From contig JAWLHQ010000002.1 of the NCBI GenBank assembly GCA_041690215.1, positions 154,189 to 218,188 on the forward strand: 64,000 nt of DNA. Reading direction: 5' to 3'. Both the position numbers and the translations under genes were made by a program. Shown in pieces: positions 1 to 10,589 of the stretch (position 1 is its first letter; each line of letters starts with the position of its first letter). This DNA is from Rhodothermales bacterium (GTDB taxonomy: Bacteria > Bacteroidota > Rhodothermia > Rhodothermales > DASSAV01). Below the pieces are notes generated by a model. That model saw only the letters and a list, made by a program, of their open reading frames with translations, did not search any database and had not been told where the DNA came from.

Positions 1-90
1 ATCAAACGTATTCCACGAATGGCCGCACGTACACGACCACAGGGAATGCGCATCCGGCTCCCACTCACATTCCGGGCAGTAGATCTTCAT
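1..90 (-). CDS. partial CDS (N-terminus only, continues past the left edge); small Cys-rich zinc-ribbon-like protein
   Basis: ATG at 88-90 on the minus strand with the frame open to position 1. It reads MKIYCPECEWEPDAHSLWSCTCGHSWNTFD (CxxC ... CxC). It is absent from the ORF track because the edge truncates it. Confidence 0.3.
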   Translation of the reverse strand, partial: MKIYCPECEWEPDAHSLWSCTCGHSWNTFD

Positions 91-310
91 GGCATTGAGA
101 ACTAAATATCACATCGATGGAGTTTCGCAAGATGCGCCTCCCAGTGCATCTTGAAAGTTCGTGCATACGAAACACAACGACAACGTTAAAATGGATGTGC
201 AGCCGAATCGTTGCCACAACGTTATTCAGAGAATGAGAGTCCCCCGTTGCATGATGAGCGGGATTTCCGTTACATAGGGCCGCACTGTACACAAACTGAT
301 AGATGCCCCA

Positions 311-520
311 ATGGACCAGGTATCACGCTCCGCCTTGCAGGACTCGGCCGTTAAGCTATTCCTCGGCTTCTTCGGAACGCTGCTCGCGTTCTTTCTGCTT
401 CCTAAAACGATCAAGTTCTTCATCCGCAAGTTCCTGTTGGGCATTATCAGCGAGGTCGTGACGGTCGTCATCTTGGGGCTGCTCACAGAGAAAGCCGCCG
501 AGAAGCTGGGGCGCGACTGA
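311..520 (+). CDS. small hypothetical membrane protein (69 aa)
   Basis: ATG start. Two hydrophobic stretches (AVKLFLGFFGTLLAFFLLP and LLGIISEVVTVVILGLL). Lies directly upstream of, and co-directional with, the HerA-like ATPase. Confidence 0.4.
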   Translation: MDQVSRSALQDSAVKLFLGFFGTLLAFFLLPKTIKFFIRKFLLGIISEVVTVVILGLLTEKAAEKLGRD

Positions 521-600
521 CGGTATCCTCCTCATTGCCTTGCACATAGGACGGCACTATCTTGCTGGTTCACGCGTACCGGCCCATTGTACTTCGTCCT

Positions 601-2274
601 ATGTTTTCTGATAGTCCAAACGATCGCCCCGATAAGATCGGCGTCATTACACACGGCTCTCTCAACGGCGGCGTTGAGATGAAGCTGGACCCCTCAGAAT
701 CCATCGAGGATGTCGTCGCCGGCACATTCGTCGTCATTCAGGGCGACAAGTACGACTTCTTCTCGATGATCACCGACGTGACCATCGACGCCGCCAACGA
801 AAACATCCTCCTCAATCCACCGGGAAAAGACGAGCACCTGCTCCGCAAAGTCATGCAGGGATCCGGGACGTATGCCACCGTCTCGCTGAAGCCCATGCTG
901 ATGATGCAGAATCGGAAAAACCAGGACCTCGCAGACGAGGCGCCCCGGTCCGTCAAGACCATCCCGACGCACTTCTCGCTCGTCGCTAAGGCGACGGAAG
1001 ACGACGTTTCCCGTGTGTTCGGTGCAGAACCGAACGAGGGTGGTGACCGGTACTTCAATGTCGGGGAACCGCTCGGGATGGACAATATCCCCGTATGCAT
1101 CGATCTCCAGCGCCTCGTCGAACGCTCCAATGCCGTGTTCGGCAAAACCGGCACAGGCAAGACGTTCCTCACCCGTCTTCTTCTCTGCGGTACGATCAAG
1201 ACGGGCCGCGCCGTTAATCTCATTTTCGACATGCACTCGGAGTACGGGTGGAATGCCCGTCAGGAATCGAGTGATAAGCCCGTCCTCGGCCTGAAAAAAC
1301 TCTTCCCGAGCAAAGTGGTGATCTTCTCGCTCGACCCCCGGGGCACGCGCAACCGCGGCGTCTCAGCAGATAGAGAAGTTTACCTGTATGCGGACCAGAT
1401 CGAGCCGGGCGACATTCTCCCACTTCGCGACACCCTCAACCTTACTTCCACGGCAGCGGAAAGTACCTACTCGCTCCACAGCCGGTATAAAGACAAGTGG
1501 CTCACCACGCTCCTGAACGCCGACGCGGAACGGCTCTATGACATAGCGGAAGAATGCGGCGCCCACGAGGGCGCCATCAGCGCGCTCCAGCGCAAACTCA
1601 AATTGTTCGAGGGCTACGACTTCTTCAAGACAGAGTCCTCCCACGGCAAGCCCGACGTCATAGAGGACCTCATGGAGGCGCTGGAGCGAGGCAAGTCGGT
1701 TGTGTTCGAGTTTGGCAAATACGACGATATCCGCGTATACCTCCTCGTAGCCAACGTCATTACACGGCGGCTGCGCGACAAGTACGAGGACCGGACGACC
1801 CGCTACCTCCAGGATCCCGAGCATAACGAAAAGCCGATTCCGCTCATCATCACCATCGAGGAGGCACACAAATTCCTGAGCCCGGGCATCGCTCACGAGA
1901 CGCCGTTCGGAAAGATCGCTCGTGAGATGCGGAAGTTTTTCGTCTCTCTGCTCGTGGTGGACCAGCGCCCCAGTGCCATCGACGAGGAAGTCCTGAGCCA
2001 GATCGGCACGAAAATCGTCGCCCAACTCAACGACGAGAAGGATATCGCTGCCGCACTCGTAGGCACCCGCGATGCGTCCTCTCTCCGTCAGGTGCTCGCC
2101 TCACTCGATTCGAAGCAACAGGCGCTCATTCTCGGGCATGCCGTTCCCATGCCCATCGTCGTACGCACCCGGTCGTACGACGAGGCGTTCTATGATGCGA
2201 TGCGGGGAGAAACCGGAGATGGTGCCCCCAAAGACTTCAACCTGTACAAGGCCAAAATCCAGGACCTGTTCTAA
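601..2274 (+). CDS. HerA-like / DUF87-type P-loop ATPase
   Basis: Walker A GKTGTGKT. Downstream acidic box [11 protein letters not shown] (Walker B-like). VVDQRPS motif typical of the HerA/FtsK-like clade. N-terminal barrel-like region. The ORF track starts at TTG 562; I prefer the in-frame ATG at 601 (MFSDSP...). Confidence 0.75.
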   Translation: MFSDSPNDRPDKIGVITHGSLNGGVEMKLDPSESIEDVVAGTFVVIQGDKYDFFSMITDVTIDAANENILLNPPGKDEHLLRKVMQGSGTYATVSLKPMLMMQNRKNQDLADEAPRSVKTIPTHFSLVAKATEDDVSRVFGAEPNEGGDRYFNVGEPLGMDNIPVCIDLQRLVERSNAVFGKTGTGKTFLTRLLLCGTIKTGRAVNLIFDMHSEYGWNARQESSDKPVLGLKKLFPSKVVIFSLDPRGTRNRGVSADREVYLYADQIEPGDILPLRDTLNLTSTAAESTYSLHSRYKDKWLTTLLNADAERLYDIAEECGAHEGAISALQRKLKLFEGYDFFKTESSHGKPDVIEDLMEALERGKSVVFEFGKYDDIRVYLLVANVITRRLRDKYEDRTTRYLQDPEHNEKPIPLIITIEEAHKFLSPGIAHETPFGKIAREMRKFFVSLLVVDQRPSAIDEEVLSQIGTKIVAQLNDEKDIAAALVGTRDASSLRQVLASLDSKQQALILGHAVPMPIVVRTRSYDEAFYDAMRGETGDGAPKDFNLYKAKIQDLF

Positions 2275-2606
2275 GCCAGCCTGCTACCATTCGGCACCGG
2301 GCGTTCCGGCTGGACCAGCACGACGGTCCCATCCTCCTGAACGAGTCCGGTCACGAGCACTTCGGACAGAAAGGGCCCGATCTGCTTCTTTGGGAAATTC
2401 ACCACGGCAATGACTTGCCGCCCCAGCAGATCCTCCCTGGTATACAGTCTGGTGATCTGCGCGCTCGACCGTTTGATCCCTAGCTCCCCGAAATCCAGCG
2501 TCAGCTTGTACGCCGGCTTCCGCGCTTCGGGGAAATCCTCGACGGCAATGATGGTCCCGACCCTAAGGTCTACCCGGGTGAAGTCTTCCCAGCTAATCTC
2601 TGGCAT
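2271..2606 (-). CDS. csaA: tRNA-binding domain protein, CsaA-type chaperone
   Basis: 111 aa. Motifs [31 protein letters not shown]...VIAVVNFP...G..SEVLV...VLVQP..PVPNG closely match the CsaA/EMAP tRNA-binding fold. Confidence 0.85.
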   Translation of the reverse strand: MPEISWEDFTRVDLRVGTIIAVEDFPEARKPAYKLTLDFGELGIKRSSAQITRLYTREDLLGRQVIAVVNFPKKQIGPFLSEVLVTGLVQEDGTVVLVQPERPVPNGSRLA

Positions 2607-2621
2607 GCAGGAATGATGAGC

Positions 2622-3164
2622 TTACCGTTGCTCTCCGACGTACTCGAATTCCATTTCCACCCCGCCGAGATCACCTTCGACACGTAGATCCGGACCGCCA
2701 CTGTACTCCAGTTCGTCCATGTGAACGATGACCCGGGATGAATCCCGAGCAATGGGTTCCATTCCGATCGCTCCGGCTGCCCGGCGGATCGAGAGAGGGA
2801 TGTCCTCAGTCCCTTCTTCTTCGAGCACCGTATCGTAGGGACTGAGTTGAAAAACGATCTGAAGCTGGTCCGCCCCGATCGTATGCAACCCCAGACGCTC
2901 GTATTTCTCGAAGTCTACGGCGTTCGAAGCGGCTGCGGCCTGAGTGAATCGGATGAGCGCCGTCGAGTCTGCGGGCCACGCTCCGTTCACCTGATAATAA
3001 TCGTGCGCGGCATCCACCACGTCGATGACCTCGTTCACGACCTTGAAGGAGACACCGTATCCCAGCACCGTTTCCAGACCGAGATTGGCTCCCGCCTCCT
3101 GTGCCTGCGCAGGGCTGGCCATGACCAGCAAGCTCAGCAGGAGAACCGCCAGAAATCTTTGCAT
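2622..3164 (-). CDS. hypothetical secreted protein
   Basis: N-terminal signal peptide MQRFLAVLLLSLLVMASPAQAQE. No recognisable domain. Confidence 0.5.
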   Translation of the reverse strand: MQRFLAVLLLSLLVMASPAQAQEAGANLGLETVLGYGVSFKVVNEVIDVVDAAHDYYQVNGAWPADSTALIRFTQAAAASNAVDFEKYERLGLHTIGADQLQIVFQLSPYDTVLEEEGTEDIPLSIRRAAGAIGMEPIARDSSRVIVHMDELEYSGGPDLRVEGDLGGVEMEFEYVGEQR

Positions 3165-3220
3165 GACGATACCGGGATGATGAATAGCCTCTCGCAGACG
3201 CGAATGGCCGGTGAGATGTT

Positions 3221-4375
3221 TCAGTTACCCGAGGGACGGTACTCCTTGGGCACCTCGTCCGCTACCCGCTCGAAGGCCAGGTAGCCATAGAAGGTGATGC
3301 CGTACGGATCGAGGGGATCCCCCTTGTAATCCACCATCGTGGGGCCTTTCTCTACCTGGATCCACGACGTCTGAAACTTCGGCTGGGCACCGACGGCCCG
3401 ATTGCCCCAGCTCAGGTACCGGGGATCTTCTGTCTCCCCGGTGAACACGATCTCTACGTAACCGGCAAATCCCACCTCTTTCTCCAGCGCCGTCGGACCG
3501 TCCTTGATGAACTCCTGGGGCTTGATGGGAAAGCGCGGCCCGCCCTGCATGCCCCGCTGCGCACCCGGCAGATTCCCGAACACACCCTGCGACATTCCGG
3601 TTTGCGCCGAAGGCCGGTGGTACAACACGAACCCTTGCTCCTCCCATGTGCCGTCGAATGCGGACAGGATAAAGTGGCGGAAGGAGCCGTAGTAGGCCTC
3701 CCTACGGTTGCCTTCCCAGATGACGGCCTGCTCATGGCTCTCGGGCTCGAGCTCCTCGAAGAGTGGCTCTCCGTCGTACTGCGTGCGTCCCCCTTCCGCA
3801 ACGAACTCCTTCAGGAAATAGGTGATGCGGTAACCAAGCGCCTGGTTTTCGATGACGAGCGGCTCACTGGCGCGTGCGGTAAATCGCCCGAGCCGTTCCT
3901 CGAAGTCGAGCACCTCCGGGTTGGTGATCTTCGTCTGGTCGGCATTCGGTGTTTCCCCGATGAAAAGGGCGGTGAACTTCTCGAGCCGCTTCTGCCACCT
4001 CCGGTCGCGCTCCCCTTCCAGAACGACCCCCTCACCCTGTATCACGGTGGGTTTCAGGCTAAAATCGTAGGTATGTGAGCCGCCCTGCCTCAGTACGATA
4101 TCCTGCGCCTGTGCCTCGTACCCGAGCATGGAGACGTAGAGCCGGTGTGCGCCAAGCGGCACCCCTTCCAGGCGGTAACGCCCGTCTGCCCCTGCTACGG
4201 TTCCATTCGTGGAGACGGCGATGAACACGTGAGCGCCCTCCAGAGACTCGCCCGTTTCGCTGCTCACGACCCGGCCTTCCAGTACGGCTGTCTGCCCGGT
4301 TTGCGCGAAAAGCACCTGCGGAGAGAGGGCACACAGAGCTAACATCCCGAACAGGCGGCACAAAACGTGCTTCAT
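3221..4375 (-). CDS. carboxypeptidase-regulatory-like (CarboxypepD_reg) domain protein, secreted
   Basis: Signal peptide. The N-terminal segment LEGRVVSSETGESLEGAHVFI....GTVAGADGRYRLEGVPLGAHRLYVSMLGYE is the typical CarboxypepD_reg pattern. Confidence 0.6.
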   Translation of the reverse strand: MKHVLCRLFGMLALCALSPQVLFAQTGQTAVLEGRVVSSETGESLEGAHVFIAVSTNGTVAGADGRYRLEGVPLGAHRLYVSMLGYEAQAQDIVLRQGGSHTYDFSLKPTVIQGEGVVLEGERDRRWQKRLEKFTALFIGETPNADQTKITNPEVLDFEERLGRFTARASEPLVIENQALGYRITYFLKEFVAEGGRTQYDGEPLFEELEPESHEQAVIWEGNRREAYYGSFRHFILSAFDGTWEEQGFVLYHRPSAQTGMSQGVFGNLPGAQRGMQGGPRFPIKPQEFIKDGPTALEKEVGFAGYVEIVFTGETEDPRYLSWGNRAVGAQPKFQTSWIQVEKGPTMVDYKGDPLDPYGITFYGYLAFERVADEVPKEYRPSGN

Positions 4376-4677
4376 GGCAATAGGGTGTTCATTGGCCGTT
4401 AATCGGCCTTGTGTGGCGGGGTCGATCTAGAAAGGGCTCCTGCACATGGTATACAATGATCACGCCGCAGATGTGCCCCTATCTGATTTCAACCTGAGCG
4501 TACGGAAATAATCCGTCGCGTCACACACCTGTACACGGAAGCACACATGCCTGCCTTGAATGCTCGGCATAACCGCAGCAGGATCCGACATCGTCCGTGC
4601 CACGCTATCGAGCCGTGACTTTTAAAGCCGGTACCGCGGCTTTTATCGTATAGATCACCAGGCTTTCAGTACGTCCG

Positions 4678-6066
4678 ATGCCCTCCGTCGGTATACTTCT
4701 CGTCCTCTTCGCTACTCTCTTCACGCTTGTCCAGACGAGCCAGGCCCAGGAGCGTCCCGGCTCGGAAGGGGTGCTGCATCTCACGAATTGGCCCACCAGT
4801 TCGCTGGAGCGTACCGGCCTGAGCGAGCGCCGCATCAATCAGACTCTCGGCCGGTTCGACCTCCTGCCGTACATCGATACGCTCACCGTTGGCTACCGCT
4901 ATGAAACGGCAGGCGACGAACCGGTCCTGTCACTCGCCATCGAGTGGAAACCGGGCCAGTACGGTATCCTCGATGGCCGCCGAGTCGCCTTCGAGCGCAT
5001 GCCTGATTCCCTGCTGCTTACCGCACTAACCCTCGAGGCTTCCGTGTATGCGGATGGTAAGCACATCACAGAAACCGTCATCCGAATCGATAGCATGGCG
5101 CTGGTGCCCTCACCCGATGTGACACGGTTTACACTGACGGATCTCCGCTGGGACGACCTCTTCGTCCACACCCCGCATCAGGCCGCCCGCCGCATCTTCG
5201 ATGAAGGCTTCGAGCTTCGCATCCTGAACATCGTTTCGGCCTCCTTCGAGTCGTATGATGCAGATCGTGACAGATCCGTTGCCGGAACCTATCGATCCGA
5301 GCGACGGACGCCGTCCCGCCGGACAGCCTATGACGATCACACCGTCACCGGTATCCTCATTGATCTCGGCTGGCTCTTCCCGCCTCGCGTGTGGCATCCT
5401 GATCGCAACGAAGATCGGGAACAGCGTCCGCGAGGAAACAGCATGGGACGAGGCAGCGACTCAGACGAAGACGATGCTCGCGGAAGCGCACGCCGTGGTG
5501 GTAGTGACGAAACGGTGGGCGGTCGCGGGTCCGAAGAGTCTGGCGATGCCTCTGGCAGATCATCTCGCAGCCGTGATTCAGGATCGTCAAAGAAAGGGTC
5601 CGACGACAGATCGGATGATTCTGACGATGAGGACAGGCAGAAACTGCTTCCCGCCGCCCTGACAGCCGCCGCTGCCGTTGGCATCCTGGCATATAAAGGA
5701 GGCACGGTTGGCTATTTCGGCAATGCGAAGTTCGCCCCCTACGGCCTCTCCGCCGGGATGGTGCGCCCGAAAGGTGGCTTCCTGCTCCAGGCCGGTGTGA
5801 ACGACGCCGTCTTCGGGAGTTCGGATGGGCCCGAACACCTCGTCGGCAAGATCCTCATCTTTCGGCAGATACTGCCCGTTCCCATCCAGCCTGCTATGGG
5901 CGCGGGTGTGCTTGTCACGCATGACGACACCTATACCTACGAACCTAGTCTCTCCGTGGGTGCGATCGGCACTTTCGGTCCGATCATCCTCCAAAGTGTG
6001 TACGATGTAGTGCAGGGTGGCATGGAGTTCGGCATCGCATTCAACTTCCGTAGCAGGCCACGCTGA
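4678..6066 (+). CDS. hypothetical exported protein with an acidic Ser/Asp/Arg/Gly-rich disordered linker
   Basis: Signal peptide MPSVGILLVLFATLFTLVQTSQAQE. Low-complexity stretch at about nt 5398-5643. Gly/aromatic-rich C-terminal part ending in ...FNFRSRPR. Confidence 0.55.
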   Translation: MPSVGILLVLFATLFTLVQTSQAQERPGSEGVLHLTNWPTSSLERTGLSERRINQTLGRFDLLPYIDTLTVGYRYETAGDEPVLSLAIEWKPGQYGILDGRRVAFERMPDSLLLTALTLEASVYADGKHITETVIRIDSMALVPSPDVTRFTLTDLRWDDLFVHTPHQAARRIFDEGFELRILNIVSASFESYDADRDRSVAGTYRSERRTPSRRTAYDDHTVTGILIDLGWLFPPRVWHPDRNEDREQRPRGNSMGRGSDSDEDDARGSARRGGSDETVGGRGSEESGDASGRSSRSRDSGSSKKGSDDRSDDSDDEDRQKLLPAALTAAAAVGILAYKGGTVGYFGNAKFAPYGLSAGMVRPKGGFLLQAGVNDAVFGSSDGPEHLVGKILIFRQILPVPIQPAMGAGVLVTHDDTYTYEPSLSVGAIGTFGPIILQSVYDVVQGGMEFGIAFNFRSRPR

Positions 6067-6209
6067 CTCCTTCCACACGGCCCCCCTCCTCCTTTCCCGG
6101 GGTGTGTAAACCTTGAAAAAAACGGGCAAGAACTGGAAGCTGTTATTTAGATCAAGTATAAATTGTACATTACACCTGCACCGGACGTCTCCGCTCGCAG
6201 GTTTTGTCG

Positions 6210-8228
6210 ATGTACATGCAAGTCTCCGCTCTCTGTCCTCTCGCCAAAACGAGCAGAAAAACTGCTTTCACAGCTTCATTCCTGGTCGCGTGCGGCCTCA
6301 TTGCACAGCTTAGCTTTGCGCAAACCCCTACAGCCCCACCCGCTTCAGAAGAGCCGCCTTCCGCCCGCGCGCTCGTCCATATTCTGGATTATATGGGCCA
6401 GGATTACGGTGTGGCAGTAGCAGACGGACAGGTCATCAACGAGCTCGAATATGCCGAGATGACCGAGTTCAGCACCTCAGCAGCGGCATTGCTTGGCGAC
6501 CTGGTGCAAGCCGGAGTCATTCCACAGGACACGACGCTGACCGCGCAGATAGCGAATCTACAGGCTCTTGTTCAGGCAAAAGCCGACCCTGAAGAGGTCG
6601 CTCGCCTTGCCGCTGCGATCCGTGATCAGGTCATTGTCCGTTCCGGCTTACAGATAGCCCCCCGGCACTGGCCCGATCTCGAAAATGGACGGCAGCTCTA
6701 CGCCCAGCTATGCGTGGCCTGCCACGGAGCACAGGGGGCTGGAGATGGCCCACTGGCTGCCGGACTAGATCCAGCCCCGACGAACTTCGTCGAGGGGGAC
6801 CGCATTGCATCCATCTCCCCCTTCCAGGCATACAATACCATCCACATGGGCGTGGAAGGTACGTCGATGCAGGCCTACTCCCAGCTTTCGGATCAGGAAG
6901 TCTGGGAACTCGCGTTCTTCGTCAAGTCGCTCCAGGCTGCCAGCCAGCAGGACGATGCCACGAGCAACGTTGACCTCGGGAAACTGAAACAAATCGTTTC
7001 GCTGGAGCAGGTAGCGGCGCTGAACGATACCGAGCTCGCCGCCGAACTGGAGAAAGCCGGCGTGGCGCAGCCCGACCTGGCGGTCGCCGCGCTCCGCCTG
7101 GCCAAGCCCGATGATCTGGCAGGCGGCACACTCGACCGGGCCATCGAGTTGCTCAATGAGGCACTGATCGCCTATGAAAACGGCCGGTTCGATGAGGCCC
7201 GCCAGAACGCACTGCTCGCCTACCTCGACGGCGTAGAACCTGCCGAACCCTCACTGACTGCGACGGATGCCACACTCACTACCGTCCTGGAACAACGCAT
7301 GCTCGCTGTCCGCAGCGCTATTGAGAATCGAGCCAGCGTGGCTGATGTATCGCGTGCTGTCGACGTGGCGACGGTCTCTATAAATCAAGCCAGGGATGCG
7401 CTCCAGAACCAGGATCGTTCCGCCTGGTTCGCGTTCTTTATCGCCGCATCCATTCTCCTTCGTGAGGGCCTGGAAGCCTTCCTGATCATCCTGGCCGTCC
7501 TGGGCGTCATTCGCGCGGTCGGTAACAAGCAGGCCGCGCTATGGGTGCACGGCGGCTGGATTGCCGCGCTGCTCGTGGGCGTGGTTGCGTGGATCTTCTC
7601 CGATATGCTCATCCATCTCGGTGCTGCGCAACGGGAAGTCATGGAAGGTGGTATCGCCCTCGTCGCAGTTGTAGTGCTGCTCTACGTCGGTTTCTGGTTG
7701 CATAGCAAGACGGAAATCAAGAAGTGGCAGGAATTCATCGATGTCCGTGTCAAGACGGTCCTCAAGGGCGGCAACCTGATGGGCCTGGCAGCGATCTCGT
7801 TCTTCGCTGTCTTCAGGGAGGCATTCGAATCCGTCCTCTTCCTCTCGGCACTGACGCTGGAACAGGGCACAGAGAGTAGGACGGCCATCTCCCTCGGCGC
7901 GCTCGTGTCCATCCTGGCCGTGTTTATCCTGGCCGCCGTCGTCCTGCGCGCCTCGGCCCGCCTGCCAGTCCGAAGTCTGTTCAAATACTCATCGTTCATC
8001 ATGGGGGTGCTCTCCGTGATTCTGGCTGGCAAGGGTCTCCACTCGCTGCAAGAGGCCGGCCTGCTCTCCGTCACGGTTGTCCCGTACTCCATCCGTGCAA
8101 CCCTGCTCGGCGTCTACCCAACCGTGGAAACCCTCCTGGCCCAAGCCGCAATCATCCTCGCCGTCGTCCTCCTCTGGACCGTTCCGGCCCGGCTAGCTGC
8201 CCGGCCAGCAGAACGAACGATTGGGTAA
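6210..8228 (+). CDS. cytochrome c / FTR1-family iron permease fusion
   Basis: Signal peptide. Heme-binding CVACHG motif in the N-terminal half. Multi-TM C-terminal half with two REXXE motifs (REGLEAF, REAFESV) typical of FTR1/EfeU permeases. Start is uncertain (TTG 6204, ATG 6210 or ATG 6216). Confidence 0.8.
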   Translation: MYMQVSALCPLAKTSRKTAFTASFLVACGLIAQLSFAQTPTAPPASEEPPSARALVHILDYMGQDYGVAVADGQVINELEYAEMTEFSTSAAALLGDLVQAGVIPQDTTLTAQIANLQALVQAKADPEEVARLAAAIRDQVIVRSGLQIAPRHWPDLENGRQLYAQLCVACHGAQGAGDGPLAAGLDPAPTNFVEGDRIASISPFQAYNTIHMGVEGTSMQAYSQLSDQEVWELAFFVKSLQAASQQDDATSNVDLGKLKQIVSLEQVAALNDTELAAELEKAGVAQPDLAVAALRLAKPDDLAGGTLDRAIELLNEALIAYENGRFDEARQNALLAYLDGVEPAEPSLTATDATLTTVLEQRMLAVRSAIENRASVADVSRAVDVATVSINQARDALQNQDRSAWFAFFIAASILLREGLEAFLIILAVLGVIRAVGNKQAALWVHGGWIAALLVGVVAWIFSDMLIHLGAAQREVMEGGIALVAVVVLLYVGFWLHSKTEIKKWQEFIDVRVKTVLKGGNLMGLAAISFFAVFREAFESVLFLSALTLEQGTESRTAISLGALVSILAVFILAAVVLRASARLPVRSLFKYSSFIMGVLSVILAGKGLHSLQEAGLLSVTVVPYSIRATLLGVYPTVETLLAQAAIILAVVLLWTVPARLAARPAERTIG

Positions 8229-8362
8229 TTCCAGAGCGCAAGACTCAGGCTGATCTCTCCACAGGGAGGCAATCTCCATCTCCCAACGTTATTATCACGA
8301 GATGCTTCGCTGCACACGTGATGACAGCCGAACCGATTGCAAAGGCAGCCTGAAGTGAGGCG

Positions 8363-10342
8363 CTACACCGCCTCCCGGATCGCCTCCACCGTACCTGGAT
8401 CCTCCAGGCTGCTCACGTCACCGGGATCTTCGCCGAGGTAAGCGGCGCGAATGATCCGGCGCATCACTTTCGCGTTGCGCGTCTTAGGCAGAGCACGGGT
8501 GAACCGGATTTCACGCGGCCGCATGGGTTTGCCCAACTCCGCCGTGATCCGGTTCATGAGTTCGCTCCGCAACTCGTTGTCCGGGCTCACACCGGGCGCC
8601 GGTACACAGAACACGACCACGTCCTGCCCTTTCACCTCGTCCGGCACCCCGATCGCCGCGCTTTCAGCCACACGATCGTCGGCATTGATGATCGCCTCCA
8701 CCTCCGCTGGCCCCAACCGCTTTCCAGCCACCTTGATCGTATCGTCGCTACGACCCAGGATGTACCAGAGCCCGTCTGCATCGACGGCGGCAAAGTCGCC
8801 GTGCACCCACACTTCCGGCCAGCGACTCCAGTACGTGTCCAGATACCGCTGCCGATCCTCCCAGAACCCCCGCGTCATGCCGATCCACGGCTTGCGAATG
8901 ATCAGTTCGCCGACTTCTTCCCGGACAGGTTTTCCGTTCTCGTCCACCACATCGGCATCCATACCGGGGACGGGGCCCGAGAACGCGCACGGCTTCAGCG
9001 GTTGCAGGAAGTTGCCGCAGAGAATGCCTCCGCTGATCTCCGTGCCTCCGGAATAGTTCAGGATGGGCTTCTTACGCTCCAGCACCTGCTCAAACAACCA
9101 CATCCAGGTCTCCGGATCCCACGGGCTGCCTGTCGATCCGATGGCACGTAGCGACGACAGATCATGCCGCCGCACCGGCTCGGTGCCGTGCGTGCGGAGT
9201 GCCCGGATCAGGGTCGGTGATACTCCGAGATGTGTAACTCCGTGCTCTTCTACGATCTTCCAGATCCGCCCCGTATCCGGGTAATCAGGTGCTCCGTCGT
9301 AAAAAACCATTGTGGCTCCGATGAGCAACGTACCGAATACGAGCCAGGGCCCCATCATCCAGCCCATGTCGGTCATCCAGTACATCACCTCGCCCGCTTT
9401 CAGGTCCATGCACTGGTGCATGTCCTGCGCCGCCTTGATGGGAAAGCCGCAGTGTGTATGAACCGCCCCCTTCGGCCGGCCCGTCGTACCGCTGGTGTAG
9501 ATGAGCATCAACACGTCTTCAGCGTCTGTCCGCTCTGTCTCCGCTTCGGCGGGCTGCCTCGCGAGCAGTTCAGCCCACCACCGGTCACGCCCCTCCGTCC
9601 AGGGTATGTCGCCGGTGCCGATCCGCCGGTGAACGATCACATGCTTCACGGTCGGGCACGACTGGAGTGCTTCGTCAGCGGTCTCTTTCAAGCGTACCAC
9701 CTTGCCACGCCGGTAGAAACCGTCCGCTGTAAACAACGCCTTCGCCCTGGCGTCGGCCAGCCGACTGGCTATGGCACTCGGACCGTACCCGCTGAACAGG
9801 GGCAAGATGATGCCCCCGATCTTGATCGTCGCCAGAAAGGCGATGCAGAGTTCGGGCGTCATTGGCATGAGAAGCCCGACGGCATCTCCTTTCCGCAGGC
9901 CTAGGCTTCGCATCGCGTTCGCACAGCGGCAGACTTCTTCGTGGAGTTCGCGATACGTCAGGATGTGGCTGCTTTTCTCCTCGCCCTCCCAGCGTAGTGC
10001 AGGCTGCTCCTTCTGCGGGCCGGACTGCCACTTATCCAACAGGTTGTGGACGATGTTCATCTGGCCGCCTACACACCACTTCGGAAATGCAGGTCCTTCC
10101 GATAAATCAAGAATGCGTTCGTACGGCCGGTAGAACTGGATATCCAGATCCTTCAACACAGCATCCCAGAACCAGGCTACGTCCTCCACCGAACGCCGCA
10201 TGAGTTCGTCGTAGCCTTTTATACCGTTCCGGTCCATGAACCGGCTCAGATTCGTCTGCGCGACGGTGCCGGGATCCGGCTCCCAGACGATGCGCTGGCC
10301 GAAAGGAAAGGTTTCGACGTGCGGTGTATCAGGTGCGTTCAT
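8363..10342 (-). CDS. AMP-forming acyl-CoA synthetase (acetyl-CoA synthetase family)
   Basis: AMP-binding signature IYTSGTTGRPKG. Acs-like N-terminus (FWD..L...). C-terminal ...LPKTRNAKVMRR. The ORF track starts at TTG 10366; I prefer ATG at 10342. Confidence 0.8.
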   Translation of the reverse strand: MNAPDTPHVETFPFGQRIVWEPDPGTVAQTNLSRFMDRNGIKGYDELMRRSVEDVAWFWDAVLKDLDIQFYRPYERILDLSEGPAFPKWCVGGQMNIVHNLLDKWQSGPQKEQPALRWEGEEKSSHILTYRELHEEVCRCANAMRSLGLRKGDAVGLLMPMTPELCIAFLATIKIGGIILPLFSGYGPSAIASRLADARAKALFTADGFYRRGKVVRLKETADEALQSCPTVKHVIVHRRIGTGDIPWTEGRDRWWAELLARQPAEAETERTDAEDVLMLIYTSGTTGRPKGAVHTHCGFPIKAAQDMHQCMDLKAGEVMYWMTDMGWMMGPWLVFGTLLIGATMVFYDGAPDYPDTGRIWKIVEEHGVTHLGVSPTLIRALRTHGTEPVRRHDLSSLRAIGSTGSPWDPETWMWLFEQVLERKKPILNYSGGTEISGGILCGNFLQPLKPCAFSGPVPGMDADVVDENGKPVREEVGELIIRKPWIGMTRGFWEDRQRYLDTYWSRWPEVWVHGDFAAVDADGLWYILGRSDDTIKVAGKRLGPAEVEAIINADDRVAESAAIGVPDEVKGQDVVVFCVPAPGVSPDNELRSELMNRITAELGKPMRPREIRFTRALPKTRNAKVMRRIIRAAYLGEDPGDVSSLEDPGTVEAIREAV

Positions 10343-10589
10343 GTCTGTATGCGATGGCCTCTGCAAGGAGGATCGTGGTCTTCGTCAGAATAGGAAGGAA
10401 GCATGTATCACTACCAATGTCTAGCCGCCCTCGCCCAAATGTTACAGCATCGCGCGATTCGATCGGTGATGTGCATTGACGTCAGGGATCGCGAACGCGT
10501 CTGGATGGGCACCCCTAGAGGAAATACGATCAGGCAAGTAGCTCGACGTGAAAGCCCAGTCGGCGAGGATACGCCTCTTAGGGTTGATG

